Positions 20,560 through 30,772 of a stretch of 64,000 bases of DNA are shown piece by piece. The notes beneath the pieces are model-generated. The model made no database searches and was not told where the DNA came from. It worked only from the letters and a program-made list of their open reading frames with translations. The number at the start of each line of letters is the position of its first letter. The stretch's first letter is position 1. Both the position numbers and the translations under genes were made by a program. The DNA is from Candidatus Jordarchaeia archaeon. Its GTDB lineage: Archaea; Asgardarchaeota; Jordiarchaeia; Jordiarchaeales; Jordiarchaeaceae. The DNA is taken from assembly GCA_029856435.1 (NCBI GenBank), contig JAHQXB010000063.1, positions 27,053-91,052 of the forward strand. The letters run 5' to 3'.

Positions 20560-21930
20560 ATGACACAAACGCAAAAAGGAGAAAAATTTGAAGTCAAAGA
20601 CCTAAAACTAGCACCAAGCGGACGAGCAACAATTGAGTGGGCAGAATCAAGAATGCCCGTGCTCATGCAAATAAGAGAGAGGTTCCGAAAAGAAAAACCG
20701 CTTAAAAACACCATAGTAGGAGCATGCCTCCATGTAACAAAAGAAACAGCAGTTCTTGCAAAAACCCTGAAAGCTGGAGGTGCAGAAGTCTACCTCTGTG
20801 CCTCAAACCCCCTATCAACACAGGACCATGTAGCCGCCGCACTGGTAGAAGAAGGAATAAACACATTCGCCTGGAAAGGCATGGACTACGAAGGCTACTA
20901 CCGAGCAATAGCCAACGTTATTAAGGGAGAACCGAACATCACACTAGACGACGGCGCCGACCTAGTATCAACCTTAATCAAACTCAAAAGAGGAGAAACC
21001 GGCGAGGAAATCAAGGTAGTTAAGAAAATTCTTGGAAGCCGAACAGACTGGGCGGACAAAGTATGGGCCGGAGCCGAGGAGACCACAACGGGCGTAATCC
21101 GCCTTAGAGCCATGGCAAAAGATAACGTGCTACTATACCCAATTATAGCTACAAATGATACCCCCACAAAATGGGAAACATAAACACCCCCCGTGTTTAA
21201 GCCCAAATTTGACAACCTGTGGGGAACTGGGCAAAGCACCATAGACGGCATACTGAGAGCAACAGCAGACCTTATCGCGGGCAAAATTTTTGTAGTCGCA
21301 GGGTATGGCCATTGCGGTAGAGGCGTAGCGCTAAGAGCTAAGGGGCTAGGAGCGAGAAGAGTCATCATATGCGAGATAAATCCACATCGAGCCTTAACAG
21401 CCGCCTTAGAGGGTATGGAAGTAATGCCCATGAGGGAAGCCGCAGAGGTGGGAGACATTTTCGTAACCGCCACAGGATGCAAGAACGTCATAAATGCAGA
21501 ACATATGAAAAAGATGAAAAACGGAGCAGTGATGTGTAACACAGGTCACTTTAATGTGGAAATAAATATACCTGACTTGGAGAAAATCAGCGTTAGCAAG
21601 AGAGAGATAAGACCACTAGTCGATGAGTACACACTGGAGGATGGAAGAAAAATCTACCTACTAGCCCAAGGCAGGCTTGTGAATCTAGCATGTGCTGAGG
21701 GACACCCAAGCGAAGTTATGGACATGAGCTTTTCTGATCAGGCTTTAGCTGTGGAGTGGATTGTTAAGAATAGGGATAAGCTGTCTGGGATGGGTAGTGT
21801 GGTTTTGGATATTCCTGAAGAGATTGATAGGACTGTTGCAGAATTGAAGTGTAAGGCTATGGGTCTTAGATTAGATGTTTTGACCCCTGAGCAGGAAGCT
21901 TATTTGTCGGGCTGGGCTGAAGGAACCTAG
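20560..21930 (+). CDS. ahcY: S-adenosylhomocysteine hydrolase, spliced join(20560..21177,21208..21930), 446 aa
   Basis: [27 protein letters not shown] in part 1; [37 protein letters not shown] in part 2. Removing 30 nt restores [11 protein letters not shown]. Confidence 0.95.
21178..21207 (+). other. BHB-type intron in ahcY mRNA (30 nt, in-frame TAA)
   Basis: Central helix UGGG/CCCA; bulges AA|A and AA|U; inner stem C(A)UAAACAC/GUGUUU(A)G; outer AA/UU; spliced TGG GAA TTT GAC. Confidence 0.9.
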
Positions 21931-22081
21931 TTTCCCTCTTCCTTTTTATTTTGCGAGGTTTTGTTGTTTTTTTGGTCTACTTACTTTATAGGTTTATGGT
22001 TTTTTTGTTGTTGCAGGGTTAAGTCTATCTTTATTGGGGATTTTGCCTCTCCAAAAATAAAAAGTTCTAGTTAATTTGCTT

Positions 22082-22408
22082 TTAAATTAGGGATAATAGC
22101 GCTATTGGAGCGAGGTTCTGGGTTAACAATTGGTTAATTAGTTGATATAAGTAGATTCCGAGGTATTGGGTTACTCCGCCTGAAATTTCGATGATTATAG
22201 GGATAAGGAGATGCCACTTAGAGGAAACCCCTATTAGCAGTAGGCTTATTACTATTCCTATTATGTAGGAGAGGCGGCGGTGGAAGACGGCTAGTAGTGC
22301 TAGGTTCATGATGAACATACCCACCCCAATCATTAGTAGTATACCAAAAATTGTGTTGAGCAGATTATAAGTTAAGGGGTTGGTAAGAAGCCAGTACACA
22401 TTTATCAT
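22082..22408 (-). CDS. Small hypothetical membrane protein
   Basis: 108-aa ORF with about 3 hydrophobic segments; preceded by GAGG. Confidence 0.55.
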   Translation of the reverse strand: MINVYWLLTNPLTYNLLNTIFGILLMIGVGMFIMNLALLAVFHRRLSYIIGIVISLLLIGVSSKWHLLIPIIIEISGGVTQYLGIYLYQLINQLLTQNLAPIALLSLI

Positions 22409-22611
22409 AGGAATCCTCTCTATTGTATTTTTGTGTAGGAAAGGATATGAACCCCTCGAAATTTAATAGGCTGATTTCATTATTGGGGGAGGTAAGATGT
22501 ATAGGAAAGTTTTAATTACGTTTTTAGGATTAAATTTTGCAGATATTTGGCGTTGATTGTTGATTTTTGTGGTTTGGATGTTGATGTTAATGTTGATTGG
22601 AGGAGAATCTG

Positions 22612-23730
22612 ATGGATACTGAGGAAAAGGTTCAGCGTGTCTTGCGTGGCTTGAGTGAGGTTATTACTGTTGAGGATTTGCGCAATTTGTTTGAGGTAGA
22701 TAACCACCCTAAGGCTTACATAGGTGTTGAGCCTTCTGGATAAACCTTTTAGGCTTTCTAGGGTTCCAGAATATTTCATTTGGGCTGGGTGGTTTGGGCC
22801 TGGAAGGTTCAGGATTTGGTTCTTTGTGATGTGGATATGCATGTTCTCGAAGCGACTTGGCATGCTAAGATTAATGACAAGTTTGGTGGAAACATGGATA
22901 CCATACACACCTGTGCAAAGTATATTGAGCACTGTTTACAAGCGTTGGGTGTAGATATTGGTAGGGTTCGTTTTCCAAAGGCTGAGGATCTTATGGATAG
23001 TTTGGATTATTGGGCCACAGTGATAAACATTGCTAAAAACACTACGCTGGCACGTATTAAGAGAGCTATGAGTATTATGGGCCGCAAAGTAGACGATGCT
23101 GAATCGGATTATTCAAAAACGCTTTATCCTTGCATACAAGTGGCTGACATCTTATATGCTGGTTTTAAGCTGTGTCTGGGTGGGACTGACCAGAGAAGAG
23201 CTCACATATTGGCGAGGGAGTTGGCTCCTAAGTTCGGCTTGGATTGGAAGCCGGTAGCGATTCACACTCCTCTCCTCATAGGCTTGGAGGGATTATCGAG
23301 GATGGAGGTTGAAGGTGTGAATGAGGATGTTTTAATGGAGGCCAAGATGTCGAAATCCAAACCTCAAACAGCAATTTTTATACATGATAAGCCAGAGGAA
23401 ATCAGGAGTAAAATCTCTGCTGCCTTTTGCCCACCTAAACAGGTAGAATTCAATCCAATAATTGAAATAAATAGGCTTCTTCTTTTTTCCAGAGAAGGTT
23501 TCATTCTTCATGTGGAACGTGAGGAAAAATTTGGAGGGGATGTAGATTTTGAGAGCTTTGATGAATTGAAATCTGCCTACAGCGCCGGTAATCTCCATCC
23601 TCTGGACTTGAAACGGGCTACTGCAGAGGCACTCATTGCACTGCTGAAAAATGTTAGACAACATTTTGAAAAGAATAGTGAAGCCCGTAACCTTTTAGAA
23701 ACATTAAAAAAGGCTACAGTGACCCGGTAA
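22612..23730 (+). CDS. tyrS: Tyrosyl-tRNA synthetase, spliced join(22612..22741,22772..23730), 362 aa
   Basis: GGAGG then ATG at 22612 gives MDTEEKVQRVLRGLSEVIT...AYIGVEPSG; spliced HIGH motif PSGLFHLGW; downstream YPCIQVADI, GGTDQRRAH, KMSKS. Confidence 0.95.
22742..22771 (+). other. BHB-type intron in tyrS mRNA (30 nt; unspliced frame has TAA and two TAG)
   Basis: Central helix CUGG/CCAG; bulges AU|A and AA|U; inner stem AACCUU/AGGGUU; spliced GGA T|TA TTT CAT. Confidence 0.9.
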
Positions 23731-23979
23731 TAAACCTATGACTTTCTCATTAATTTTTTCCTAAACCTCTTCTTAACCGGGGTTATTTAAGGCTTCTTTC
23801 CCCAAAAAAAGGTGGAAAAAACCATATTTTCTGGAAGCGAAAAGGAAAAAATTTAGTTGGAAAATTTATAGTAGGGATACTTCCACGCAGGATCATAAGA
23901 AAACTTTATTTTGTTCGGGTTTAACATTGTGTTCAAGAGAATGTCGTTTGTTTCTCTTTGCTAGTTTGGATGGCTGATT

Positions 23980-24405
23980 ATGTCTTGTAATAATTTATAT
24001 GAAGAATTGGAACGGTTGATATCAAAGCTCAGAACGATTTCTGAAAACGGTACCCCCATTGTTGTGGAGGGCTATAAAGACGAGAGAAGCCTAAGAGAAC
24101 TGGGAGTTCAAGGAATAATTCTCAAGTTATCTGGAAGAAAACTCATAGAAATCGCTGAGGAACTTGCCAATTATGAGAACTTTCTGATTCTAACCGACTT
24201 TGACCGCAAAGGACAAAATATGGCGCTGCGCCTCTTGGAGTATTTAGATTACCACAAGGCGGAGTTGACGCTGAGTTTCAGGAGAAGATTTAAAAATTTA
24301 ACCTCAAAAGTCACCTGCGACATAGAAGGATTAGCATCCTCATATTTCACTCTTCAAAACAAAAACAATGAAAACATGGAATTCGAAGTTGAAAAATTCT
24401 TTTAA
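23980..24405 (+). CDS. Small TOPRIM-domain protein
   Basis: IVVEGYKDERSL...ILTDFDRKG. Confidence 0.88.
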   Translation: MSCNNLYEELERLISKLRTISENGTPIVVEGYKDERSLRELGVQGIILKLSGRKLIEIAEELANYENFLILTDFDRKGQNMALRLLEYLDYHKAELTLSFRRRFKNLTSKVTCDIEGLASSYFTLQNKNNENMEFEVEKFF

Positions 24406-24565
24406 GAATAAGTGGGAGAAAGACATAATTATATCCGAAAATACGTTAATGTTAAAAATGGCATATTATCATGCTAAAGCTTAATTAAATAAACAGTCAC
24501 TCTTACCAAAACTTCAATCATTATACACCCTTATTATCTTATTTCATTATGGAGGTGACGCTTAC

Positions 24566-25798
24566 ATGGTTAATCGAAACGAGTTTAGCACAACAAAGTA
24601 CATTATAAAAGCTAAAATAGAAGTAGACGGAGTTGTTGAAAAACCAGACGTTGTAGGAGCAATATTTGGACAAACCGAGGGACTGCTGGGTTCTGAACTT
24701 GACCTGCGGGAGCTACAGAGAACTGGGCGAATAGGTAGAATAAAAGTTACAATAGAATCGCATGGAGGCAAATCAACGGGAACAGTAATAATCCCCTCAA
24801 GCCTTGACAAAGTGGAAACTGCAATGCTAGCAGCCGCTGTGGAATCCGTTGACAGAGTAGGGCCATGTACCGCTCATGCAACCTTAGAGATAATTGAAGA
24901 TGTACGAGAGGTTAAAAGAAGAAAGATTGTTCAGAGAGCAGCAGATATTATAAGAAAATGGTCCGAAGAGGTGTCGCCTGAAAGTCAACAGCTCACAGAC
25001 GAGGTTTTGGATGCAGTTCGAGTAGCTGAAATCACTAAGTACGGTCCTGAAGAATTACCAGCGGGACCAGCCATAGACAGCTCTGACGATATAATAATAG
25101 TTGAAGGGCGGGCGGATGTTCTTAATCTTTTGAGATGTGGTTATAAGAACGTTATAGCGATGGAAGGAACAAGTATACCAAAGACTATAATCGATCTTAG
25201 CAAGAAAAAAACGATCACAGCCTTTCTAGATGGGGATAGGGGAGGGGACTTGATTCTGAAGGAATTACAACAAGTAGCAGATATAGATTATGTGGCGCGA
25301 GCTCCTCAGGGAAGGGAGGTTGAAGAACTCACCCAAAAGGAAGTGGTTAAGGCCCTGAGAAACAGATTACCTGTAGAGCAATTAGAAGCAGAAGAACCCA
25401 AAAAGAAGGAGAAGGAGAAAAGAAGAGAGCAGGAAAAAGAAGAAAAAAAGGAAAGAGAGTTGGAAGAAAAAAAACCCAAAAGGATGGAAATTCCTCCCAA
25501 AATTAAGCTTCCAGAACAGATTCTGAGCTACCTGCACAACATCAAGGCTTCAAATAAGGCTGTACTTTTGGGGAAAAATTTTGAATTAATGGAAGAAATG
25601 GAGGTATCTTCGTTAGCAGAGCGTCTGAAAGAAGTGGACTCGGTTAGAGCCATCATTTTTGACGGAATTATTACTCAGAGGTTGGTGGACCTAGCTCAGG
25701 ATAAAGGGGTGGAGTATATTTTAGGGGTAAGACAAGAGAATGTTACAAAGAAACCCTTAAATTTAAAGATTGTAGAGTTCAACGAGGTAATAACTTAA
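24566..25798 (+). CDS. dnaG: Archaeal DnaG primase / exosome-associated protein
   Basis: VEKPDVVGAIFGQTEGLLG, IIVEGRADV, FLDGDRGG. Confidence 0.96.
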   Translation: MVNRNEFSTTKYIIKAKIEVDGVVEKPDVVGAIFGQTEGLLGSELDLRELQRTGRIGRIKVTIESHGGKSTGTVIIPSSLDKVETAMLAAAVESVDRVGPCTAHATLEIIEDVREVKRRKIVQRAADIIRKWSEEVSPESQQLTDEVLDAVRVAEITKYGPEELPAGPAIDSSDDIIIVEGRADVLNLLRCGYKNVIAMEGTSIPKTIIDLSKKKTITAFLDGDRGGDLILKELQQVADIDYVARAPQGREVEELTQKEVVKALRNRLPVEQLEAEEPKKKEKEKRREQEKEEKKERELEEKKPKRMEIPPKIKLPEQILSYLHNIKASNKAVLLGKNFELMEEMEVSSLAERLKEVDSVRAIIFDGIITQRLVDLAQDKGVEYILGVRQENVTKKPLNLKIVEFNEVIT

Positions 25799-25837
25799 AA
25801 ATTTACACCCCGTTAGAAACTGTAGGGTGAGAAATTT

Positions 25838-26959
25838 TTGAAGGAAAAAAGTGAAAAGATTCGACATATTTCTACTTCCGTCCGTGAAGAGCCTTTAAAA
25901 AAGAAGGAACGAATGCAATATCTATCTGTGGTGGAGCTACAGCCATCAGGTTTTCCTTTCCGGCTTGTGGGAGAGGAGCCCCCTATAGCCTTATTGACCG
26001 ACGACACTGAACTGTTCCAAGCATACGCTAGGGAACAGTGGGCGGGTATTTGTGTTAAGAAGGGGGATTACCTATTTGACCAACTGGTTTTCCCAGATTT
26101 CGCCTTTAAGGTTTCCGACGCTCAGCCAGCTCGGGGAAGGATAGGTTTTTCCACACGTTTCATTCTTAAGAGGAAACCCTTCAGTGAGGAGAAGAGACCG
26201 TCAATTCGTTTCTCAGATGTTATAGGGCAAAACGAAGCTAAAAGCAAGTGTCTGATAATTAAAAAATATTTGGAAAATCCGAAAGCCTTTGGGGACTGGG
26301 CGCCGAGAAACATTCTGTTCTATGGGCCTCCAGGAACGGGGAAAACAATGCTGGCTCAAGCACTGGCCAACGAAACAAATGCGCCCTTCTATTTAATTAA
26401 ATCCACAGATTTGATAGGAGTTAATGTCGGTGATGCTTCAAGAAGGATACACTCTGTCTTCAAAATAGCGTCGGACAATGCGCCTAGCGTTATATACCTT
26501 GACGAAATTGACGCCATAGGGTTAGATCGCAGCTTCCAAAACATAAGAGGGGACGTATCAGAGGTAGTTAATGCTTTGTTGGGGGAGCTGGACGGATTAA
26601 CCGCGAATTTTGGCGTTGTATGCATAGGAGCCACAAATAATCCTATCATGCTAGATAAGGGAATCAGAAGCAGATTCGAAGAGGAAATAGAGTTCAAACT
26701 TCCCAACGCTGAAGAACGGGAACAAATTCTCAGACTCTACATATCAAAAATGCCCTTGCCGGTAAAAGTGGACATTAAAAAGATAGTTAGAAACACTGAA
26801 GGCTTCTCTGGAAGAGACCTTAAAGACAAAATCCTTAAAGCAGCGCTACACAAAGCTATACTACAAGAGGAAAAATGTGTAACCCAAGACATAATAGACG
26901 CCGTACTTAAACAACTCAATGACAAATCACCAAAAGAAAAACCCAAAATGTTCACTTGA
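25838..26959 (+). CDS. AAA+ ATPase (archaeal type with N-terminal YAREQW domain)
   Basis: Walker A GPPGTGKT, Walker B IYLDEID, SRH ATNN...SRFEEEIEF. Confidence 0.9.
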   Translation: MKEKSEKIRHISTSVREEPLKKKERMQYLSVVELQPSGFPFRLVGEEPPIALLTDDTELFQAYAREQWAGICVKKGDYLFDQLVFPDFAFKVSDAQPARGRIGFSTRFILKRKPFSEEKRPSIRFSDVIGQNEAKSKCLIIKKYLENPKAFGDWAPRNILFYGPPGTGKTMLAQALANETNAPFYLIKSTDLIGVNVGDASRRIHSVFKIASDNAPSVIYLDEIDAIGLDRSFQNIRGDVSEVVNALLGELDGLTANFGVVCIGATNNPIMLDKGIRSRFEEEIEFKLPNAEEREQILRLYISKMPLPVKVDIKKIVRNTEGFSGRDLKDKILKAALHKAILQEEKCVTQDIIDAVLKQLNDKSPKEKPKMFT

Positions 26960-27017
26960 AATAATTTAAATTGTTAAACCCAAAAATTTCTATAAACAGT
27001 TTTCTACAGATTAACAG

Positions 27018-27569
27018 GTGCCAGTCTTGAAAATCATCGGCCTTGTAGGAATGCCGGGCAGCGGAAAGACATTAGCGGTAAATGTAGCAAAAAACTTGGG
27101 TATACCAGTAATATCAATGGGAGACGTGGTTCGTGAAGAGGTAAAATTAAGAGGCTTGGAGGAAACGCCCCAAAACGTAGGCTATGTGTCAAAGGATTTG
27201 AGGGAAAAAGAAGGCCCCCAAGCTGTGGCCCAAAGGATACTCGCCAAAATTAAGAAGGAAAAGGCTCCCGTTATTCTTGTTGAGGGAATTAGAAGCCTCC
27301 AAGAGATAGAATTATTCAAGACACTCACATCTGACTTCACACTAGTCGCTATCCATTCGTCGCCCAAAACCCGCTACCGACGTTTAAGTGGAAGGGGACG
27401 GTCGGACGACGCTAAGGACATCAGAATTTTTCAGGAAAGAGACCTCAGAGAAATAAATTATGGGATAGGGGCGGCAATCGCTATGGCAGATTACATGATA
27501 GTAAATGAGGGCAGCGAATCAGAGCTGATGAGAAAAGTTCAAACAATTCTAGAGGGGATAATACAATGA
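27018..27569 (+). CDS. UPF0200-family P-loop nucleotide kinase-like protein
   Basis: GMPGSGKT, SMGDVVREE, RGRSDD, GIGAAIAMADYMIVNEG. Confidence 0.85.
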   Translation: MPVLKIIGLVGMPGSGKTLAVNVAKNLGIPVISMGDVVREEVKLRGLEETPQNVGYVSKDLREKEGPQAVAQRILAKIKKEKAPVILVEGIRSLQEIELFKTLTSDFTLVAIHSSPKTRYRRLSGRGRSDDAKDIRIFQERDLREINYGIGAAIAMADYMIVNEGSESELMRKVQTILEGIIQ

Positions 27570-27997
27570 TAGAAATGGAAATCGAAGCCCCAGTATACCA
27601 CACTGAGAGTAGAGACAAAGTGGAAAAAGCTCTAAAGTCTGTCGTGGACACAACCTACACTTTATTAGAGGGGGTAGGATTAAAGGTTCTTCGTGGCAAA
27701 GCTCAAGGTCTGGAGGGACTTGTGAAACTTCATCAACAGTTGAGGGAACAACTCATAGTTGAATCGGCAAGAAAAATTTTGGTAAGAAACATAATGGGAA
27801 ACACAGTAACATTCTACCTACATAAGCAAGCAGCCTTTATGGGAAAAATACACTTCTGCCAACCAGAATCAGAATCCCCAATGGGTTCCATAAAAGTAAC
27901 AATAAAAAGCACCAACATTGAGAAGCTGGTGGACTGGCTTACGCCAAAAACTATTGAGGGCAAGCCCTTAGAGAGGCCCCCACCAACAGACTGTTAA
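27566..27997 (+). CDS. UPF0201-family putative RNA-binding protein
   Basis: EAPVYHTESRDKVEKAL...LHKQAAFMG; conserved neighbour of UPF0200. Confidence 0.82.
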   Translation: MIEMEIEAPVYHTESRDKVEKALKSVVDTTYTLLEGVGLKVLRGKAQGLEGLVKLHQQLREQLIVESARKILVRNIMGNTVTFYLHKQAAFMGKIHFCQPESESPMGSIKVTIKSTNIEKLVDWLTPKTIEGKPLERPPPTDC

Positions 27998-28015
27998 AAA
28001 AGGGAAGAAATAAAA

Positions 28016-28822
28016 TTGGCAGGTATGAAACTAGGCATCTCAACTATGCCCTTCATAAAAAGTCACTTCAACGAAATTGTGAAAACAATTGAGAATACTC
28101 CAGAAAATTTAGAATTGGACTGTTGGGAAATCATTGAAGAAGGATTCCACTTTTTAAACCCGGAAAGAATAAAAATGTTAAAGAATGCCGCTTCAACATG
28201 CAAAATAAGTTATACAGTTCACGCTCCCTTCGCAGGAATCAACTTAGCCTCACCAGAGCCTCTCCAATCGGTTCTGCTAGATTTCATGGACAAGTCACTT
28301 GAAAGAAGCCACACCCTAGAGGCTGAAATATTTATAGTACACCCAGGGGTACTTTCACCCTTCACGATTCACTTCCCCGAATTAGCTTGGGAGAGCCTAA
28401 AAAACGCAATAAGACATCTGTGTAAGCTTTCAGAGGCTTTGGGCTCTCCTAAAATTGCAGTTGAAAATATGGCGCCACCTTATCCTTTTCTGGTTTCCCA
28501 AAGTCAAGATATAGAGAGGCTGTTTCAAGAACTTGAAGATTGTGAATTTGGTTTGTGTCTGGACATTGGACACGCCCAAAAATCGGGCGGAGTGAAAACC
28601 TTCATTAAACATGTGGAACAGTACGTAACACATGTGCATGCCCATGATAATATTGGGGATGATGACGCTCACCTACAGGTTGGAAAGGGAATCGTTGATT
28701 GGAAATATGTTGTCGGCACACTTAAAAAACTAAATTTTGGAGGATATATTGTTGTTGAGAATACTACCTTAGATGATGCTTATAATAGTGTGCGCTTTTT
28801 AAAATCAGTTATTAACCATTAG
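28016..28822 (+). CDS. Sugar phosphate isomerase / AP-endonuclease-2 TIM-barrel family protein
   Basis: VHAP, VHPG, VENM, LDIGHA, HVHAHDN motifs. Confidence 0.85.
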   Translation: MAGMKLGISTMPFIKSHFNEIVKTIENTPENLELDCWEIIEEGFHFLNPERIKMLKNAASTCKISYTVHAPFAGINLASPEPLQSVLLDFMDKSLERSHTLEAEIFIVHPGVLSPFTIHFPELAWESLKNAIRHLCKLSEALGSPKIAVENMAPPYPFLVSQSQDIERLFQELEDCEFGLCLDIGHAQKSGGVKTFIKHVEQYVTHVHAHDNIGDDDAHLQVGKGIVDWKYVVGTLKKLNFGGYIVVENTTLDDAYNSVRFLKSVINH

Positions 28823-28834
28823 GTTTTCTCAGTA

Positions 28835-29737
28835 CTATTCCAGAACTATCTCCATAAGATCCTCTCCTAGGATGCTGTTTTTAAAAATTTTTTTAGCTTG
28901 TTCCAAAAGTTCGTTGGAGTTCTTGTACCTTGAACTTATATGAGTAAGAATCAATTTTTGCACCCCCGCTTCTTTAGCCACTTTTGCAGCTTGGGTGGTT
29001 GTGGAGTGCTTTGTCTCCATTGCCTTTTCTTCCAAGTCTTCTCCATATGTGCTATCATGTATTAGGATAGTGGCGCCTCTACTTATTCTTTTAACAGAGT
29101 CGCAGGGAGGAGTATCTCCTGAATAAACAATTCTTCTTCCAGGCCTTGGAGGATCCACCACTAGGTTTGGCTCTATTCTTCTCCCATCTGGAAGTGTAAC
29201 GTTTTCGCCGTATTGTAATTTTTTCCATAGAGGTCCCATAGGTATTCCTAAAGCTCTAGCCTTTTCAGGATGGAATTTACCCGGCCTATCCTTTTCAATA
29301 AAGGCAAAGGCAAAAGAATTGTTGTGCTCCGTCCTTGTACATTCAATGGTATAGAGGTTCGTCTCACATACTAACCCTTCAGTAACCTCTTCGATATACA
29401 CGTGGAATGTGAGAGTAAATTCTACCGTTGTCTCTATGGCTTTGACGAAGTCGGCAATGCCCTTTGGACCAAATATGTAGAGGGGTTTCTCACGGTTCAT
29501 TAGAGAAAGTGTTTGCAATATTCCGGGAATGCCCATTATGTGGTCACCGTGAAGGTGAGTGATAAAAATTCTATTAATTCTGTTTACACTTAAATTTGCC
29601 TTCTCCATCTGTCTTTGTGTTCCCTCAGCACAGTCGAACAAAATAATCTCTCTATCTATCTTTATGGCTATTGCCGGAAGGTTCCTATCGGCAGTAGGCA
29701 TTCCGCCAGAGGTTCCCAGCAGTACTATTTTCAGCAA
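28835..29737 (-). CDS. rnz: Ribonuclease Z
   Basis: LGTSGGMPT, FDCAEGTQRQ, THLHGDH, YSGDT, HISSRY. Confidence 0.96.
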   Translation of the reverse strand: MLKIVLLGTSGGMPTADRNLPAIAIKIDREIILFDCAEGTQRQMEKANLSVNRINRIFITHLHGDHIMGIPGILQTLSLMNREKPLYIFGPKGIADFVKAIETTVEFTLTFHVYIEEVTEGLVCETNLYTIECTRTEHNNSFAFAFIEKDRPGKFHPEKARALGIPMGPLWKKLQYGENVTLPDGRRIEPNLVVDPPRPGRRIVYSGDTPPCDSVKRISRGATILIHDSTYGEDLEEKAMETKHSTTTQAAKVAKEAGVQKLILTHISSRYKNSNELLEQAKKIFKNSILGEDLMEIVLE

Positions 29738-29740
29738 CTT

Positions 29741-30772
29741 TCACTTCCTCAGCACTATAATTTGACGTGTTAAACTCTTGTGTACCGGTATCAAATGTTT
29801 TTCTACTATTCGAAAACTTGTCCCCGAAATAAATTCATTTACATTGATTGTTAAGGGAGTGCCCAGACAGACATATCCCTTTGGACTAGATAGTTCATCC
29901 AATTCCTGTAAGAAGAACTCAATAAGTTCCTCGGGGCGGGCGCCCTTAGTGGAGGCCGATCCTCCGTATGGAGGATCCGTTGCTATGCTGTCAAAACGGT
30001 TGAAGGGAAGATGCTTTGCGTCTGAAAGTATAATGTTCCAGTTGACTACGTTGAAGTGTAGGAGGTTCCTTTTCGCGCCTCGAACCATTTTTTTGTCTAC
30101 GTCGGAACCTATAGTTTTACAACCCATAAGGCCCGCCTCAATTAGAAGACCTCCCGCTCCACAGAATGGATCCAAGAAGAATTCTTTGGGTCTAGCCCGG
30201 GAGAGATTAACCATGGCTCTGGCAAGATGGGGATTCATAGAGCTGGGAATAAAGAAAGGCCTGAACTTTGCCTTTCTGAGACCTAAGGCCTTCCTTTCAG
30301 ATTCCCTGACACTTATCCCAAATAGGAATACGCCGTCCGTTAAAACGCCATAAAACAATTTATCAGGGTTTTCAAGATTGGCCCTTGCCCCCACACTTCT
30401 ATGAATGAAGGCGCCGATTTCTTTTTCCAAAAGGAGTGAACTCACCTCCGGTGAATAATTTTTTATGCGTTTCACTCTAACGGCAAAAGTTTCTCTGGCT
30501 GAGATGTGTTTCTGAAAATCTGTGTCTCGAAGCGAAGTCATTATCTGGTTGAAATCCGCTTCACATTTAAATAGTGAAATGCAGCATCTGTGAACCATTG
30601 CGGCGCGTTCAGCTATTCTTTGGCAGCTCTCTTCCTCCGCGTTTAAGAGTAGTATTTGGTCATATTTTTCTGCTTTATAATCCATGTTCAGGCTTTCAAG
30701 TATTGCTAAGCACTCTGCAATGGCTATTGTTGTGGTTTCTCCAGATAGAAGGTAAAAATGGTTTTTAATCAC
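29741..30772 (-). CDS. trm11: tRNA m2G10 methyltransferase Trm11/Trm-G10 (THUMP plus MTase)
   Basis: THUMP domain, RPFF...ARAMVNL, DPFCGAGG, ATDPPYG. Confidence 0.9.
   Translation of the reverse strand: MIKNHFYLLSGETTTIAIAECLAILESLNMDYKAEKYDQILLLNAEEESCQRIAERAAMVHRCCISLFKCEADFNQIMTSLRDTDFQKHISARETFAVRVKRIKNYSPEVSSLLLEKEIGAFIHRSVGARANLENPDKLFYGVLTDGVFLFGISVRESERKALGLRKAKFRPFFIPSSMNPHLARAMVNLSRARPKEFFLDPFCGAGGLLIEAGLMGCKTIGSDVDKKMVRGAKRNLLHFNVVNWNIILSDAKHLPFNRFDSIATDPPYGGSASTKGARPEELIEFFLQELDELSSPKGYVCLGTPLTINVNEFISGTSFRIVEKHLIPVHKSLTRQIIVLRK

Noticed and set aside
21178-21207. Selenocysteine, pyrrolysine or simple readthrough explanation for the split ahcY and tyrS genes
   Set aside because: The stops include TAA, tyrS has three stops, readthrough would put 10 extra residues into active-site motifs, and the pflX break is a frameshift. 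BHB splicing explains all three.
22780-23730. 316-aa ORF as the complete TyrRS
   Set aside because: It lacks the N-terminal YIGxEPSG and most of the HIGH motif, which are encoded upstream of the intron
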